Source of the DNA: an uncultured virus (IMG/VR IMGVR_UViG_3300029906_000007)
Taxonomy: Duplodnaviria > Heunggongvirae > Uroviricota > Caudoviricetes > Crassvirales
Length of the DNA stretch: 64,000 bases
Virus record (IMG/VR): IMGVR_UViG_3300029906_000007
Direction: 5' to 3' (one strand)
The notes under the pieces were generated by a model. It saw only the letters and a list, made by a program, of their open reading frames with translations, did no database searches and had not been told where the DNA came from. A program made the position numbers and the translations under genes. Positions 1-9,784 of this stretch are shown in pieces; position 1 is the first letter of the stretch, and the number at the start of each line of letters is the position of its first letter.

Positions 1-496
1 TAAGAAGAATTTGGATACTTTGATAACAATGATGGGCGGTGATCCTGAAGATCCTGAAAGTCCTATCAATCCAGAAGCAGCTGATTATTTGAAGAAGTCT
101 GATGCTGGTGTTGGTGTTGTTAAGACTTATTCTAAAGCTGCTGCTAAAGAAGCTATCGCTGCTGGTGATACCATTGCTGCGGCTCTTGGTAAGTTGGAAT
201 ATAGTATTGATAATATCTTCGGTAGTGATGGTTCAACAGGTGGTGATATTGTTATTCCGGAAATACCTGAACCAGATGGAACTGATGTACCTGTAATTGA
301 TGAACCAACAAATGATACTATTGGTTCTGATATTACACCTGAACAGCTTCCTGAAAATGGTGATGATTTGAAGACTATCATTGCTAAACAAAATCAGTTA
401 ATCGAAGTATTGAATAAGAAGATTCAGTTATTGAACGCTCTTGTTCGTCCAGAAGGTTATCAGTTGGTTTATGTTGAAGCTGATCCTCAGCCTTAA
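1..496 (+). CDS. Hypothetical virion-associated protein, 5'-truncated
   Basis: Frame is open to the window edge (aag aag aat ttg...). Acidic/Pro-rich linker followed by a short coiled coil. Lies in the structural module. Confidence 0.6.
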   Translation, partial: KKNLDTLITMMGGDPEDPESPINPEAADYLKKSDAGVGVVKTYSKAAAKEAIAAGDTIAAALGKLEYSIDNIFGSDGSTGGDIVIPEIPEPDGTDVPVIDEPTNDTIGSDITPEQLPENGDDLKTIIAKQNQLIEVLNKKIQLLNALVRPEGYQLVYVEADPQP

Positions 497-524
497 TATA
501 CATTTTGCCTTAAGTTTCTAAATT

Positions 525-567
525 AGTCTGGTAATGGCAACATTGCTGTTGCCAGACTTCTTTGTTT
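525..567 (+). terminator. Rho-independent terminator
   Basis: Stem agtctggtaatggcaa / ttgctgttgccagact (with G-U pairs), then tctttgttt, just downstream of the stop at 496. Confidence 0.7.
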
Positions 568-580
568 AAACAATTAAGAT

Positions 581-2059
581 ATGGATATAAAACAATTAGT
601 AACAGGTAATCCTAAAACTGGATTTTATCCTGTAACCCAAGATACAATTACAGTTATTGAATTAAATAAGTCTGTAATGAGTCTTACAAATAAAAGTAGT
701 AGTGAAGATATCATTGCTGCTTTTGATAATCTTGAATCTTTTCAAGCACTTATTGCTGAAGTACGTAATCCTCAAAATATTTGTTCTGGTATTCTTATTA
801 ATGATACAGAAACAGATTTACAAGTGGGTAAATATGAAGCTTCTATTATTGCTCGCACTGATACTGAAACACTTAATGTTAGATGGGTTGAAAACGATAA
901 AATTGTTGCTTTAAGTATTACTAATACAGATGGAACTATGAGCTGTATTAGAAATGAAAATAATGTTGGAGGAGGAAGTGAAAATATTTATATTATTGAT
1001 GGTAATAAAATAAATGATAATACTTTCAATATTGATGATTTTAATAAACTTAAAACTGCTATTAGAAATAATAATATTGTATTTATTAATATTACTGAAG
1101 ATCCATCATATGTTAATATTATTGGAACTCAAATACTAAGTTATGGAGAAACTTTAATTCAATTATATGTTATTGATTATTCTAAAGCTGATGGAGAAAA
1201 ACTTGCTGAATATATTATATTTAATATAGCTATTGAAAGTGATAGTATAAAAATAACTAAAATACAAAGTAATTTAGAAAATAAATTTCTTACTAAAGAA
1301 GATGTTCTTACTAAAAATAATACTACTGAATTTACTCCAACTGAAGATTATAATCCTGCTACTAAAAAATATGTTGATGATAAAACTACATATAATATTG
1401 ATTTTACAGAACTTGAATCTGATATTTTATCTAATAATTTTAATTCTTTCGTTAATGCTAAATATTCAAATTTATATGATGATATTAAAAACAATATTAA
1501 TAAAAATATACGTTGTATTTCAAATAGAATAATATTTAAAGTAAAACGATATACTTCTAGTCCATCTGCAATATTTATTGAATTTGATTATAATGAAATT
1601 AGTAGTGGTTTTCCTACTGTAATTTATAAATCCGGATTTATATTATATTATAATGGAAATATAGAATTTGATGAATATAATTTTACTGGTAGAGGATATC
1701 CATATAATATAAATTTTAGATGGTTAGGTGAAGTTAAAAATTCTGATGCTGATATAATTAATGAAGAAATATATGAATTATTATCTATATCTAGTAGTGA
1801 TTATACAAATACAATTGTTTATCTTGGCATAGTTTATTTAAATAGTGAATATAAAAAAGTTTTATTTACTTTATATAATTATAAATTAGTTGGATATATA
1901 GAAAATATGAGAATAGTCATATCTCGTAAAGAAGTAGAAAATGAAATAAGTATAAAATATGAATATATTCAACGTGTTCTTACTGAATCTGAGTATGCTG
2001 CTCTTGGTGAAGCTGTTAATACTGACGATGTTCTTTATTTTGTAACTCCTGACGCATGA
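581..2059 (+). CDS. Putative tail fibre protein
   Basis: 492 aa. Has a fibre-type motif (DYNPATKKYVDD) and a C-terminal VLTESEYAALG..DVLYFV motif typical of phage fibre proteins. Lies in the tail cluster. Confidence 0.55.
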   Translation: MDIKQLVTGNPKTGFYPVTQDTITVIELNKSVMSLTNKSSSEDIIAAFDNLESFQALIAEVRNPQNICSGILINDTETDLQVGKYEASIIARTDTETLNVRWVENDKIVALSITNTDGTMSCIRNENNVGGGSENIYIIDGNKINDNTFNIDDFNKLKTAIRNNNIVFINITEDPSYVNIIGTQILSYGETLIQLYVIDYSKADGEKLAEYIIFNIAIESDSIKITKIQSNLENKFLTKEDVLTKNNTTEFTPTEDYNPATKKYVDDKTTYNIDFTELESDILSNNFNSFVNAKYSNLYDDIKNNINKNIRCISNRIIFKVKRYTSSPSAIFIEFDYNEISSGFPTVIYKSGFILYYNGNIEFDEYNFTGRGYPYNINFRWLGEVKNSDADIINEEIYELLSISSSDYTNTIVYLGIVYLNSEYKKVLFTLYNYKLVGYIENMRIVISRKEVENEISIKYEYIQRVLTESEYAALGEAVNTDDVLYFVTPDA

Positions 2060-2451
2060 TTGTAAAATCTGTTTCTTCTGATCGTCTTATTATAGAAGTT
2101 AATATTAATAATAAAAAAGGATATATGCTTGTTGATACTGGAGCAAGTATAGGTCTTATTGATATTGATTCTATAGATGAATATCATTTTGATCTCGGTA
2201 AACAATTAAATACTGTTATTTCTGGTGTTGGTGGTGAATCTCAATCTGAGGTTTATTATACTAAAAACTTAAATGTTGATATTAAAGGAATACCTGTTTA
2301 TCAATTAGCTACTACAGATATTTCTTCTGTCAAACATTCCATTAAACAAAATACTGGTATTACTATTTGTGGTATTCTTGGTCTTACTCAAATTAAAATG
2401 ACTGAAATGAAGATTGCTGCTGATTGTAATACTATTAAATTAGGTTATTAA
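2056..2451 (+). CDS. Retropepsin-like aspartic protease
   Basis: MLVDTGAS catalytic motif, glycine-rich flap (ISGVGG) and C-terminal GILG motif in 131 aa. ATGA overlap with the upstream gene. Confidence 0.85.
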   Translation: MIVKSVSSDRLIIEVNINNKKGYMLVDTGASIGLIDIDSIDEYHFDLGKQLNTVISGVGGESQSEVYYTKNLNVDIKGIPVYQLATTDISSVKHSIKQNTGITICGILGLTQIKMTEMKIAADCNTIKLGY

Positions 2452-2469
2452 CTTTTAAAACTTTAAGAT

Positions 2470-2691
2470 ATGTTTCAAGTAATTGTCGGCTGTGTAATTG
2501 CAAATGTTGTAACAATTTTGATTATTGGTGGTGTTCTTTATTATATTTATAAAAAGAACGAAACTAAAATCAAAGAACTGAATGATAAAATAGATACTAA
2601 AGTTGATGAAGTAAAAGACAAAGTCAATACTGTCATGGAAACTATAGAATCTATTAAAGAAACTATTGATAAGTTGCCTTTTAATGGATAA
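2470..2691 (+). CDS. Small membrane-anchored coiled-coil protein
   Basis: N-terminal hydrophobic helix (VIVGCVIANVVTILIIGGVLYYI) followed by a charged heptad region. Confidence 0.6.
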   Translation: MFQVIVGCVIANVVTILIIGGVLYYIYKKNETKIKELNDKIDTKVDEVKDKVNTVMETIESIKETIDKLPFNG

Positions 2692-2694
2692 GTT

Positions 2695-3765
2695 ATGATT
2701 AAATGTAATGGAAAAGATATTATACCTCGGATTAATGGCAAAGAATTAAGCCGAGTTATGTATAACGGTAAACAAATTTATCCTGATAATAATGTTATAG
2801 AAATTCAAAAAGTCAATACTGTTGCTGGAGACATTTGTGCTTTTGATGGAACTAATAAAAGATTTTTTAGATTTGTAGATTCTGGTGCTACTGATAATAT
2901 TAAGAATTATACTCCTATCGGTATTGTATTTGTTCCTTATAGTCATAATTTATATGGAACTAATGAAATAGCGATAGCCTCTATTAAAAATATTAGTTTA
3001 ACAAATCCAGATGAAGGAGATTATGATAATCTTATTAATGCTGTATATGGACAATATAGAAATAATATTCAAGAACTAAGAAATTGTGTTTATTTTCCTT
3101 GTGTAGGAATGAATGAAAATGTTGGAGATGCTAACGGAACTTTAATAGGTTATAGTGAAAATTCATGTTGGATACCAATGGAATTATATGATCTAGAAAT
3201 AGATGGAGTTATACGTACTCTATGCCCTCATAATACTAAATGTGCTTATAATTTTGGTAATAGTCCTTCAAATGAACATAATGCGGGTCCGGCTGTTTAT
3301 TTAGAAAATGGTAATAGAAATCCTGCTCTTTATCAAACTTCTTCTCCTTCTTCTATTTATAATCCATTTGCTGATTTTAATGGCAAAAATAATACAAATA
3401 TTTTATTGCAATATGCTACTGCCCAACCTAATTGGAAAACTGATAATGAAATATTAAATAATGAAAATTCTGGTTATTCTCCTTATGCTTGTTGTTGTTG
3501 GCGTTTTTCTACAGAAGGTACTAAACAAGGGGATTGGTATATTCCTGCTGCTGGAGAAGTAGCATATTTTATTACTAAAAAAAGAATTATAAATGATGTT
3601 GTTTATAAATTATCTAATTTGTTTAATATAGATTATAATTGTCAATTAGGATCTTCTTCTACAGAAGGAGGTACTAATGTTCATATTAATATTGATAGCT
3701 TTGGTTATGCAAAATATACAAGTAAAAGGAGTCATATTGGTAATTATGCTGCATGTAGAATATAA
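2695..3765 (+). CDS. Putative receptor-binding protein with C-terminal DUF1566/CLec-like domain
   Basis: N-terminal docking-type motif (MIKCNGKDI..VMYNGKQIYP). C-terminal FNGKNNT...GDWYIPAAGE...SSTE...ACRI pattern. Confidence 0.55.
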   Translation: MIKCNGKDIIPRINGKELSRVMYNGKQIYPDNNVIEIQKVNTVAGDICAFDGTNKRFFRFVDSGATDNIKNYTPIGIVFVPYSHNLYGTNEIAIASIKNISLTNPDEGDYDNLINAVYGQYRNNIQELRNCVYFPCVGMNENVGDANGTLIGYSENSCWIPMELYDLEIDGVIRTLCPHNTKCAYNFGNSPSNEHNAGPAVYLENGNRNPALYQTSSPSSIYNPFADFNGKNNTNILLQYATAQPNWKTDNEILNNENSGYSPYACCCWRFSTEGTKQGDWYIPAAGEVAYFITKKRIINDVVYKLSNLFNIDYNCQLGSSSTEGGTNVHINIDSFGYAKYTSKRSHIGNYAACRI

Positions 3766-3903
3766 TTATGGAATAATTAATATCACAACTACTACCACAA
3801 CCATTTGAAAACTTCGATTTCATATTCATGTTTGTGGTAAACGTATTGACTTATTATATTATTAAATTTATTGAATAAATATAATTTTGATTAATATATA
3901 ATT

Positions 3904-6900
3904 ATGCGTATATTTAAAGTCCGTGCTGCAAAAACTAAATATAATTATTACACTATCAATTCTGATATTGAAGGTGCAGATGTTATATTTGATGGAGAGC
4001 AAATAGGAGTTATTGAAAATGGCAAATTTGTATGTAAGATTGAAGAAAAGACTGATACAGGATCTCATACTGTTAAAGTTGAAAATGGTACTTTAGTAAA
4101 TAAAGATACTATTTATTACTTATCTGCAAAGACAACTTTAACTATTCCTGCCGCCGGAGGTCGATATAATTTTAATACTAATAATATTAATAGTACTAAA
4201 GTAACATATACTCCTAATTATCCTGCTCAAACTACAATCAAAGCTAATACAGCTGTTGATTTAAATACTGTTCAAACTCCTGCAAATTCTAATGTTGGAT
4301 TTACTCCAACTTATTATGATATTGCTAAGAATGATACTCTTGCTACAAAAGACCATAATGTTGAATTAACACAAAATGAATCAGGTAAGAAAATTACTGT
4401 TACTATTAAACAAGATGCTAATGTTAATGTAAATTATACAGTTAACTCTGATATTGAAGGTGCTGAAGTTCAATTCTCTATTAACAATAGTGATTTCACC
4501 CCTGTAGGGAACATCACTGGTGGAACATTGAACTTTAATATTCTCAAAACAGATACTGCTTCTACTGTTTATATTAAACTTGTTGGTGGTACTCTTCCTG
4601 AAATAAAAGAAACTTATATATTTGAAGCTGAAGATATTGATATATCGGCTGAAGCATGGAGTGGTAAACCTACTATTACAAGTAGTAAAGGTATGACTAC
4701 TTATTCAATGCCTGCTGTTAAGACATTAAATAATAATGTAACAACTACTACAATTAATGCTGTTTCTAATCAGCAAGATGGAGTAGCCGTTGGATATACT
4801 CCAAATGATACTATTAGTATTGAAGAAAATAAGACTACTAATGCTAAACAATATACTTATGATTATACTCAGGATGAATCTGGTAAGACATTAAGAATAA
4901 CAATTCGACAATCTGCTGGAGTACAATATCAATATACAGTTAATTATAATGTTCCTAATTCAACTGTTCTTGCTGATGGAGAAAATGTTGGTACTATAAG
5001 TAATGGTAGTTGTACATTTGTTAAATGGAATAGTGGAGCAAAAGCTTCTTATGCTATTTCCTTTACAGGGGGACAAATGCCTTCTCCGCCTGCTACAACT
5101 TATGTGTTTAGTGTTAATCCTACATCTCTTTCATTTGGCGATAAAGGTGAAACTAAATCAGTAACTGTTACTTCTACTAAAACTGTTTATACAAATGTTC
5201 ATGCTACTGGTACTGTAAGTAAAGGTCAAGCTGTTAATTTACAATATAAGACTAATAGTAAAGTAACTAATCCTACTTATACAAGAAGTAATTCTGGTAC
5301 AGGATTAAGTGGAACTGGAACTAGTATTAGATTTGCTGCTAATCCTAATAAAGTTCAACGTAGTGGTAGTGTAACATTTACTCAGTCTGAATCTAATAAG
5401 ACTGCTACAGTAAATTGTACTCAAGCTGCTAAAGTTGCTTATTCTTATACTGTAAATAGTAACTGTGAAGGCGGTACTGTTTATTTCAATAATGTTAATA
5501 AAGGAACTATTTCTGATGGAAGATTAGCATTTGAAGATGATGCTGCAAGTGGAACTGTAAGAATTAGCGGTGGTGTTCCAAGCGATTCAAGTACTTATAT
5601 AACTAGTGAAACTAGAACTAACGGACAAGATTCTGATTCTGATACTACTACTGATTCTGAAACTGTATTTAAATGGAATAATTGGACATGGGATTATCTT
5701 GAATCTCCGGGTATGGACTTTATTCAAGCTGGAGAAACTAATACTTGGCCTCTTTATTCTCATGTTAAAAGTAGAACTGGTACACGTTATCGTTATAGAG
5801 ATATTTATGAATCTCGTAGTCAATATCGTGATACTACTTATTCTGCTCCTTCTAATAAAACTGTTTATGGAGATAGTTCTGCTGTAACAATGAATTATAC
5901 TTCAAGTACATCTACAAGATGGACATCATGGTCATTTGATAGTTATGGCTCATGGGGATCTTGGGGATCTTGGTCATATGGATCTTGGAGTTATTCAAGA
6001 AAAAATGTTACTATTACTGAATCTCTTTCATGGATGAGTGTAAGTAAAAGTACATCAGGATCTAGTGGAACTACTGGATATAATATTTCATTTAATGCTA
6101 CAGAAAATACTGGATCAGATAGAAGTGGTTATATTACATTTAGTAATGGAATTAATTCTTATAGAGTTCTTGTTACACAAGTCGGCGTTGAATATGTATT
6201 TAAATTTAGTGGATCTTTAGGAACTCATAGTGCGAATGGAACTACTAATAGAAATAATTTAACTGAATGTGGTGGTAGTTGTAGACTTATAAGTTATAAA
6301 AAAGTTGGTAGTACATATACTCGATTAGGTGTATCATTTGCTTCAGGCGGGCAACCAAATCAAGTATATGATTATTGGGCTTATGGTGATGCAGGTAGTA
6401 CACCAAATATAGGATGGGATTTTGCTATAAGTTGTAAACAATCTCCTTATATGTCTAGTTCTTCAAATAGTAGAAGTTATACAGTTACTATGAAGCAAGC
6501 AGAATCAGGAAAAACTGCTAGTATTACTATAAAACAATCTGATTATGCTTTAAATATCGGCGGTAAAACTACTGATACTTATAATCTTGATTGGAATGCT
6601 TATACTAAAAATACTAACACAGGATATAAATATCCTGCTTGTCAAAGTGGAGGAGATCGTAATAATTGGCCTACATGGATTGCTGATTCTCAAGCTAGTT
6701 GGCTAGGATTAAATAATGGTCAAACTACATTTACAGGCAAGAATGGTGATATTTTATATTGTAAAGCTCTTTCTGATAATAAATCATTTAGTTCAAGAAC
6801 TGGTAGATTTACAATTGGTATTCAAGGTAAAACTGCTCAACTTAGTCCTAGTACATATTCGTTTAATGTTGTTCAAGCTGCTTCTCCAAATGAGTTTTAT

Positions 6901-7158
6901 GTTAAAACATCATCTGGAACTGGAGTATTTGCTTTTAGTAGAAGTAATGCTACATCTTTACCGCATTCATCTGTTATTTCTTTTTCTGTTACTACAACCC
7001 CTCGTAAAATTTCATCATTATATATAAGTAATACTGGATTAGGAGCTCCATTTACTTCTTATGGTACTCAAACATTTAAAGTTTGGAAAGTATCTGGTAA
7101 TACTGCTACATATTATAAAACCATATCTGTTGCTCCTGGAGGTACTGTTACAATTTAA
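3904..7158 (+). CDS. BACON/Ig-like repeat virion protein
   Basis: 1084 aa, Thr/Ser/Asn-rich. Repeated BACON-type ends (TQNESGKKITVTIKQ, TQDESGKTLRITIRQ, TQSESNKTATVNCTQ, KQAESGKTASITIKQ) and repeated YTxNS-type starts. Confidence 0.75.
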   Translation: MRIFKVRAAKTKYNYYTINSDIEGADVIFDGEQIGVIENGKFVCKIEEKTDTGSHTVKVENGTLVNKDTIYYLSAKTTLTIPAAGGRYNFNTNNINSTKVTYTPNYPAQTTIKANTAVDLNTVQTPANSNVGFTPTYYDIAKNDTLATKDHNVELTQNESGKKITVTIKQDANVNVNYTVNSDIEGAEVQFSINNSDFTPVGNITGGTLNFNILKTDTASTVYIKLVGGTLPEIKETYIFEAEDIDISAEAWSGKPTITSSKGMTTYSMPAVKTLNNNVTTTTINAVSNQQDGVAVGYTPNDTISIEENKTTNAKQYTYDYTQDESGKTLRITIRQSAGVQYQYTVNYNVPNSTVLADGENVGTISNGSCTFVKWNSGAKASYAISFTGGQMPSPPATTYVFSVNPTSLSFGDKGETKSVTVTSTKTVYTNVHATGTVSKGQAVNLQYKTNSKVTNPTYTRSNSGTGLSGTGTSIRFAANPNKVQRSGSVTFTQSESNKTATVNCTQAAKVAYSYTVNSNCEGGTVYFNNVNKGTISDGRLAFEDDAASGTVRISGGVPSDSSTYITSETRTNGQDSDSDTTTDSETVFKWNNWTWDYLESPGMDFIQAGETNTWPLYSHVKSRTGTRYRYRDIYESRSQYRDTTYSAPSNKTVYGDSSAVTMNYTSSTSTRWTSWSFDSYGSWGSWGSWSYGSWSYSRKNVTITESLSWMSVSKSTSGSSGTTGYNISFNATENTGSDRSGYITFSNGINSYRVLVTQVGVEYVFKFSGSLGTHSANGTTNRNNLTECGGSCRLISYKKVGSTYTRLGVSFASGGQPNQVYDYWAYGDAGSTPNIGWDFAISCKQSPYMSSSSNSRSYTVTMKQAESGKTASITIKQSDYALNIGGKTTDTYNLDWNAYTKNTNTGYKYPACQSGGDRNNWPTWIADSQASWLGLNNGQTTFTGKNGDILYCKALSDNKSFSSRTGRFTIGIQGKTAQLSPSTYSFNVVQAASPNEFYVKTSSGTGVFAFSRSNATSLPHSSVISFSVTTTPRKISSLYISNTGLGAPFTSYGTQTFKVWKVSGNTATYYKTISVAPGGTVTI

Positions 7159-7168
7159 ATTTATAATT

Positions 7169-7525
7169 ATGGAATTGGCAATAACTAAATTTATAGATCT
7201 ATTGTTTGAAAACTTTGATTTATGTTTCATGTTAATCGTGAACATAGTAACGTATTTCGTTATCAAAGTTATTGACGCTATGAACGGTGATAAACCTGTT
7301 TCTGTTCTTGTTAAGAGATTATCTCTTGTTATTGTTGTTATTACAATTACTATTTGTTATGGTATTGCAGGTGAATTTAATAATCAATTAATCAATAGTG
7401 CTGTACTTGCACCTGTTGCTTATAGTTGGATTTTTAGACCTATACTAATGAAACTTGGTATTGGTTATAAACAACTTGATGATTATTTATTAATGAAAGA
7501 CTGTGATACTAGAGAAAACGAATAA
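7169..7525 (+). CDS. Putative holin
   Basis: 118 aa from ATG 7169 (the track start at 7061 overlaps the upstream gene). Three hydrophobic segments and a charged C-terminus. Confidence 0.6.
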   Translation: MELAITKFIDLLFENFDLCFMLIVNIVTYFVIKVIDAMNGDKPVSVLVKRLSLVIVVITITICYGIAGEFNNQLINSAVLAPVAYSWIFRPILMKLGIGYKQLDDYLLMKDCDTRENE

Positions 7526-7541
7526 AATATTTGTCAAACTA

Positions 7542-7579
7542 TTTGTCGGTAATGATATTTTTATTATTATTGCCGACAA
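7542..7579 (+). promoter_or_regulatory. Bacteroidota-type promoter overlapped by an inverted repeat
   Basis: TTTG (7542)-N19-TATTATTG (7565), one mismatch to TAnnTTTG. Arms ttgtcggtaatgata / tattattgccgacaa. Confidence 0.45.
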
Positions 7580-7603
7580 GTAAAAATCAAAAGTTATATT
7601 TAT

Positions 7604-7945
7604 ATGAACAAATTGAATCTTATTCGTAATAATCTTTTAGCTAAAGGAGTTCTTGATGCTCAACTTAGTGCATTACTTATTGAGTTTGATAAAGAATATA
7701 CAACTGCTTTAGCTAATGCTTCTAAAGTTCCTGCTCTTGAACAACGTATTGAGGAACTTGAAGCTTTGACTATGATTCTTCGTGGGAGTTCCCCTGTAGA
7801 GGAACAACCATCTGAACCTACTCAACCTGATAATGAAAATAATGACGATAGTGGAGCTGATCCAAATGCTGAAGGAGTTGATCCTGTTGAGGCATTAGAC
7901 GCTGCTGAATCTAAAGTTTTAGAAGGCGTTAATTTTAGTAAGTAA
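7604..7945 (+). CDS. Hypothetical protein (short coiled coil, acidic tail)
   Basis: 113-aa ORF with codon usage like its neighbours. Confidence 0.65.
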   Translation: MNKLNLIRNNLLAKGVLDAQLSALLIEFDKEYTTALANASKVPALEQRIEELEALTMILRGSSPVEEQPSEPTQPDNENNDDSGADPNAEGVDPVEALDAAESKVLEGVNFSK

Positions 7946-7972
7946 AGTATTAATCTAAAAAAGTTTTATCTT

Positions 7973-9778
7973 ATGGATCCTATTGAAAGTAAATCACCTA
8001 GAACAGATTGGATGGATAAATATAATGGATGTAATCCTTGTCATCCATCTCATGATTGTGATTGTAATCATGATTGTGGTTGTGGGCATCATCATCACCA
8101 TCATCATCCGTTTTGTCCTACTGAGGAAGACATAGATAGTGATACTTTATATCAGCAAATGCAGTATGCAATTAATGAGCTGGAACGTATCATTAGACCT
8201 CTTGATCTTCCTGAACAAACTAAATTTACAATTATCCATTTAGCAACTTGTAATATTCGTTGTTGTATGAATCTGCTTAAACTTATTCAGAAAAATGCCG
8301 CAGATATTGCTGTTCTTAATGAACGCATGGATAACGCTAGCGGTCGGTTGGCTACAAATGAAACTGAAATTGCCAACATTAAAGGTAGCATTAGCACAAT
8401 CAATACTAATATTGCTACTCTTGAAAGTAAACATAACAATCAGCAAACTCAGATTAATGATAATGCTGCTGCCATTAATGAACTTAAGGCTCATAAGATT
8501 GGTCGTTGTGAATTTGACAAAGTTGCTGCTACTGTTTGTGAAAACTACAAAGCTATTGCTAATTTGCAGAATCAAGTTACTAATAACAAGACTGCTACCG
8601 ATGCTTCTATTGCTGAAGTTAATAAGAAAGTTGCAACTATCGAAACTAAGTGTGATGAAACTGCAAATAGCTTGAATGAATTGAAAGCTGTTGTTACTCC
8701 TGCTAAGATTTCTGCAATGGATCAAGCTATTGCTGAAAATGCTAAGGGTATTGAATTGGTTAAACAGGCTTGTACTAATAATCGTGAATTTATTGGTAAA
8801 GTAGCTGCTAAAGTTGAAGAACATAATATTGTTTTGAAGAAAGTTGTTGAAGATCATAAACAATTTGCTGCTGAAATTGGTTCTAATACTGCCGGTGTAG
8901 ATACTAATCGTAAGGATATTGTAGCATTGAAAGCTGCTGTTGAAACATTACAGGCAACTGATGATGTTCATGGTACTGATATCGCTAAATTAAAAGTTCG
9001 TTGCGATGGTATTGACCAGACTATTGAAGATATGAAGACAGGAGCTATTGCTACTAATACTAGCATTAACAATCGTCTTGTAGTTCTTGAAGAGAATGAT
9101 AAAAAGTACATTCCTATGTTTGAAGAAGATCATTCTAATTTGGATGCTCTTGAAGAAAAAGTAAATGGAATGGAAGCTCGTCTTGAAGAAACTCAAACTG
9201 CTGGCGAAAATTTAGCTGCTAAAGTTACTGAACTTGAAGGTAAAGTTGAAAAGAACGTTACTGATATTAAAGCATTGAACGAAACTGTTGCTACTGTTAA
9301 TCAGAATATGGCTGATGGATTTGAAAACATTAATACTAATGTAGCTAATGGTTTCAATACTATCAATGGCGGTATCAACAATGAAATTCGTCCTGCTATT
9401 GCTGCTAATGCAGAAGCTATTGCTGGTCAGGCTAAACAGATTGGTGATTTGCAGACTTCATTGAATGAAACAAATACTAATCTTGAAGCTGAAAAGACTG
9501 CTCGTGAAGAAAAGGATGCTGCACAAGATGCTACTTTAGCAAATACTGTTCAGTGGACTGATATTTCTAATGAACAGAATCCTAATAGAAAAGCTATTGT
9601 ATTAGCAAATCATGATAGTATAGTCGGTACTAAGACTGATGGTAGTACAGTAAATATTGCTATGGTATCTAAATGGGATAAAGTTGATTTAGGTTCTGCT
9701 ACAGTTCCATTTAATACTAATGGTACTGAATTAACTTATAATGATACTAATAACATTAGTTATACTCCTAAAGAGTAA
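7973..9778 (+). CDS. Long coiled-coil tail fibre/needle-like protein with His/Cys-rich N-terminus
   Basis: 601 aa with extended heptad repeats and a beta-rich C-terminal end. N-terminus reads CNPCHPSHDCDCNHDCGCGHHHHHHH. Confidence 0.6.
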   Translation: MDPIESKSPRTDWMDKYNGCNPCHPSHDCDCNHDCGCGHHHHHHHPFCPTEEDIDSDTLYQQMQYAINELERIIRPLDLPEQTKFTIIHLATCNIRCCMNLLKLIQKNAADIAVLNERMDNASGRLATNETEIANIKGSISTINTNIATLESKHNNQQTQINDNAAAINELKAHKIGRCEFDKVAATVCENYKAIANLQNQVTNNKTATDASIAEVNKKVATIETKCDETANSLNELKAVVTPAKISAMDQAIAENAKGIELVKQACTNNREFIGKVAAKVEEHNIVLKKVVEDHKQFAAEIGSNTAGVDTNRKDIVALKAAVETLQATDDVHGTDIAKLKVRCDGIDQTIEDMKTGAIATNTSINNRLVVLEENDKKYIPMFEEDHSNLDALEEKVNGMEARLEETQTAGENLAAKVTELEGKVEKNVTDIKALNETVATVNQNMADGFENINTNVANGFNTINGGINNEIRPAIAANAEAIAGQAKQIGDLQTSLNETNTNLEAEKTAREEKDAAQDATLANTVQWTDISNEQNPNRKAIVLANHDSIVGTKTDGSTVNIAMVSKWDKVDLGSATVPFNTNGTELTYNDTNNISYTPKE

Positions 9779-9784
9779 TTTATT

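Noticed and set aside
2695..3765. Active diversity-generating retroelement
   Set aside because: No reverse transcriptase or template/variable repeat pair is seen in the window.
3793..3839. Imperfect hairpin taccacaa...ttgtggta as an invertible switch or ncRNA
   Set aside because: Arms are only 8 bp with an irregular interior, and no recombinase is nearby. At most a weak terminator.
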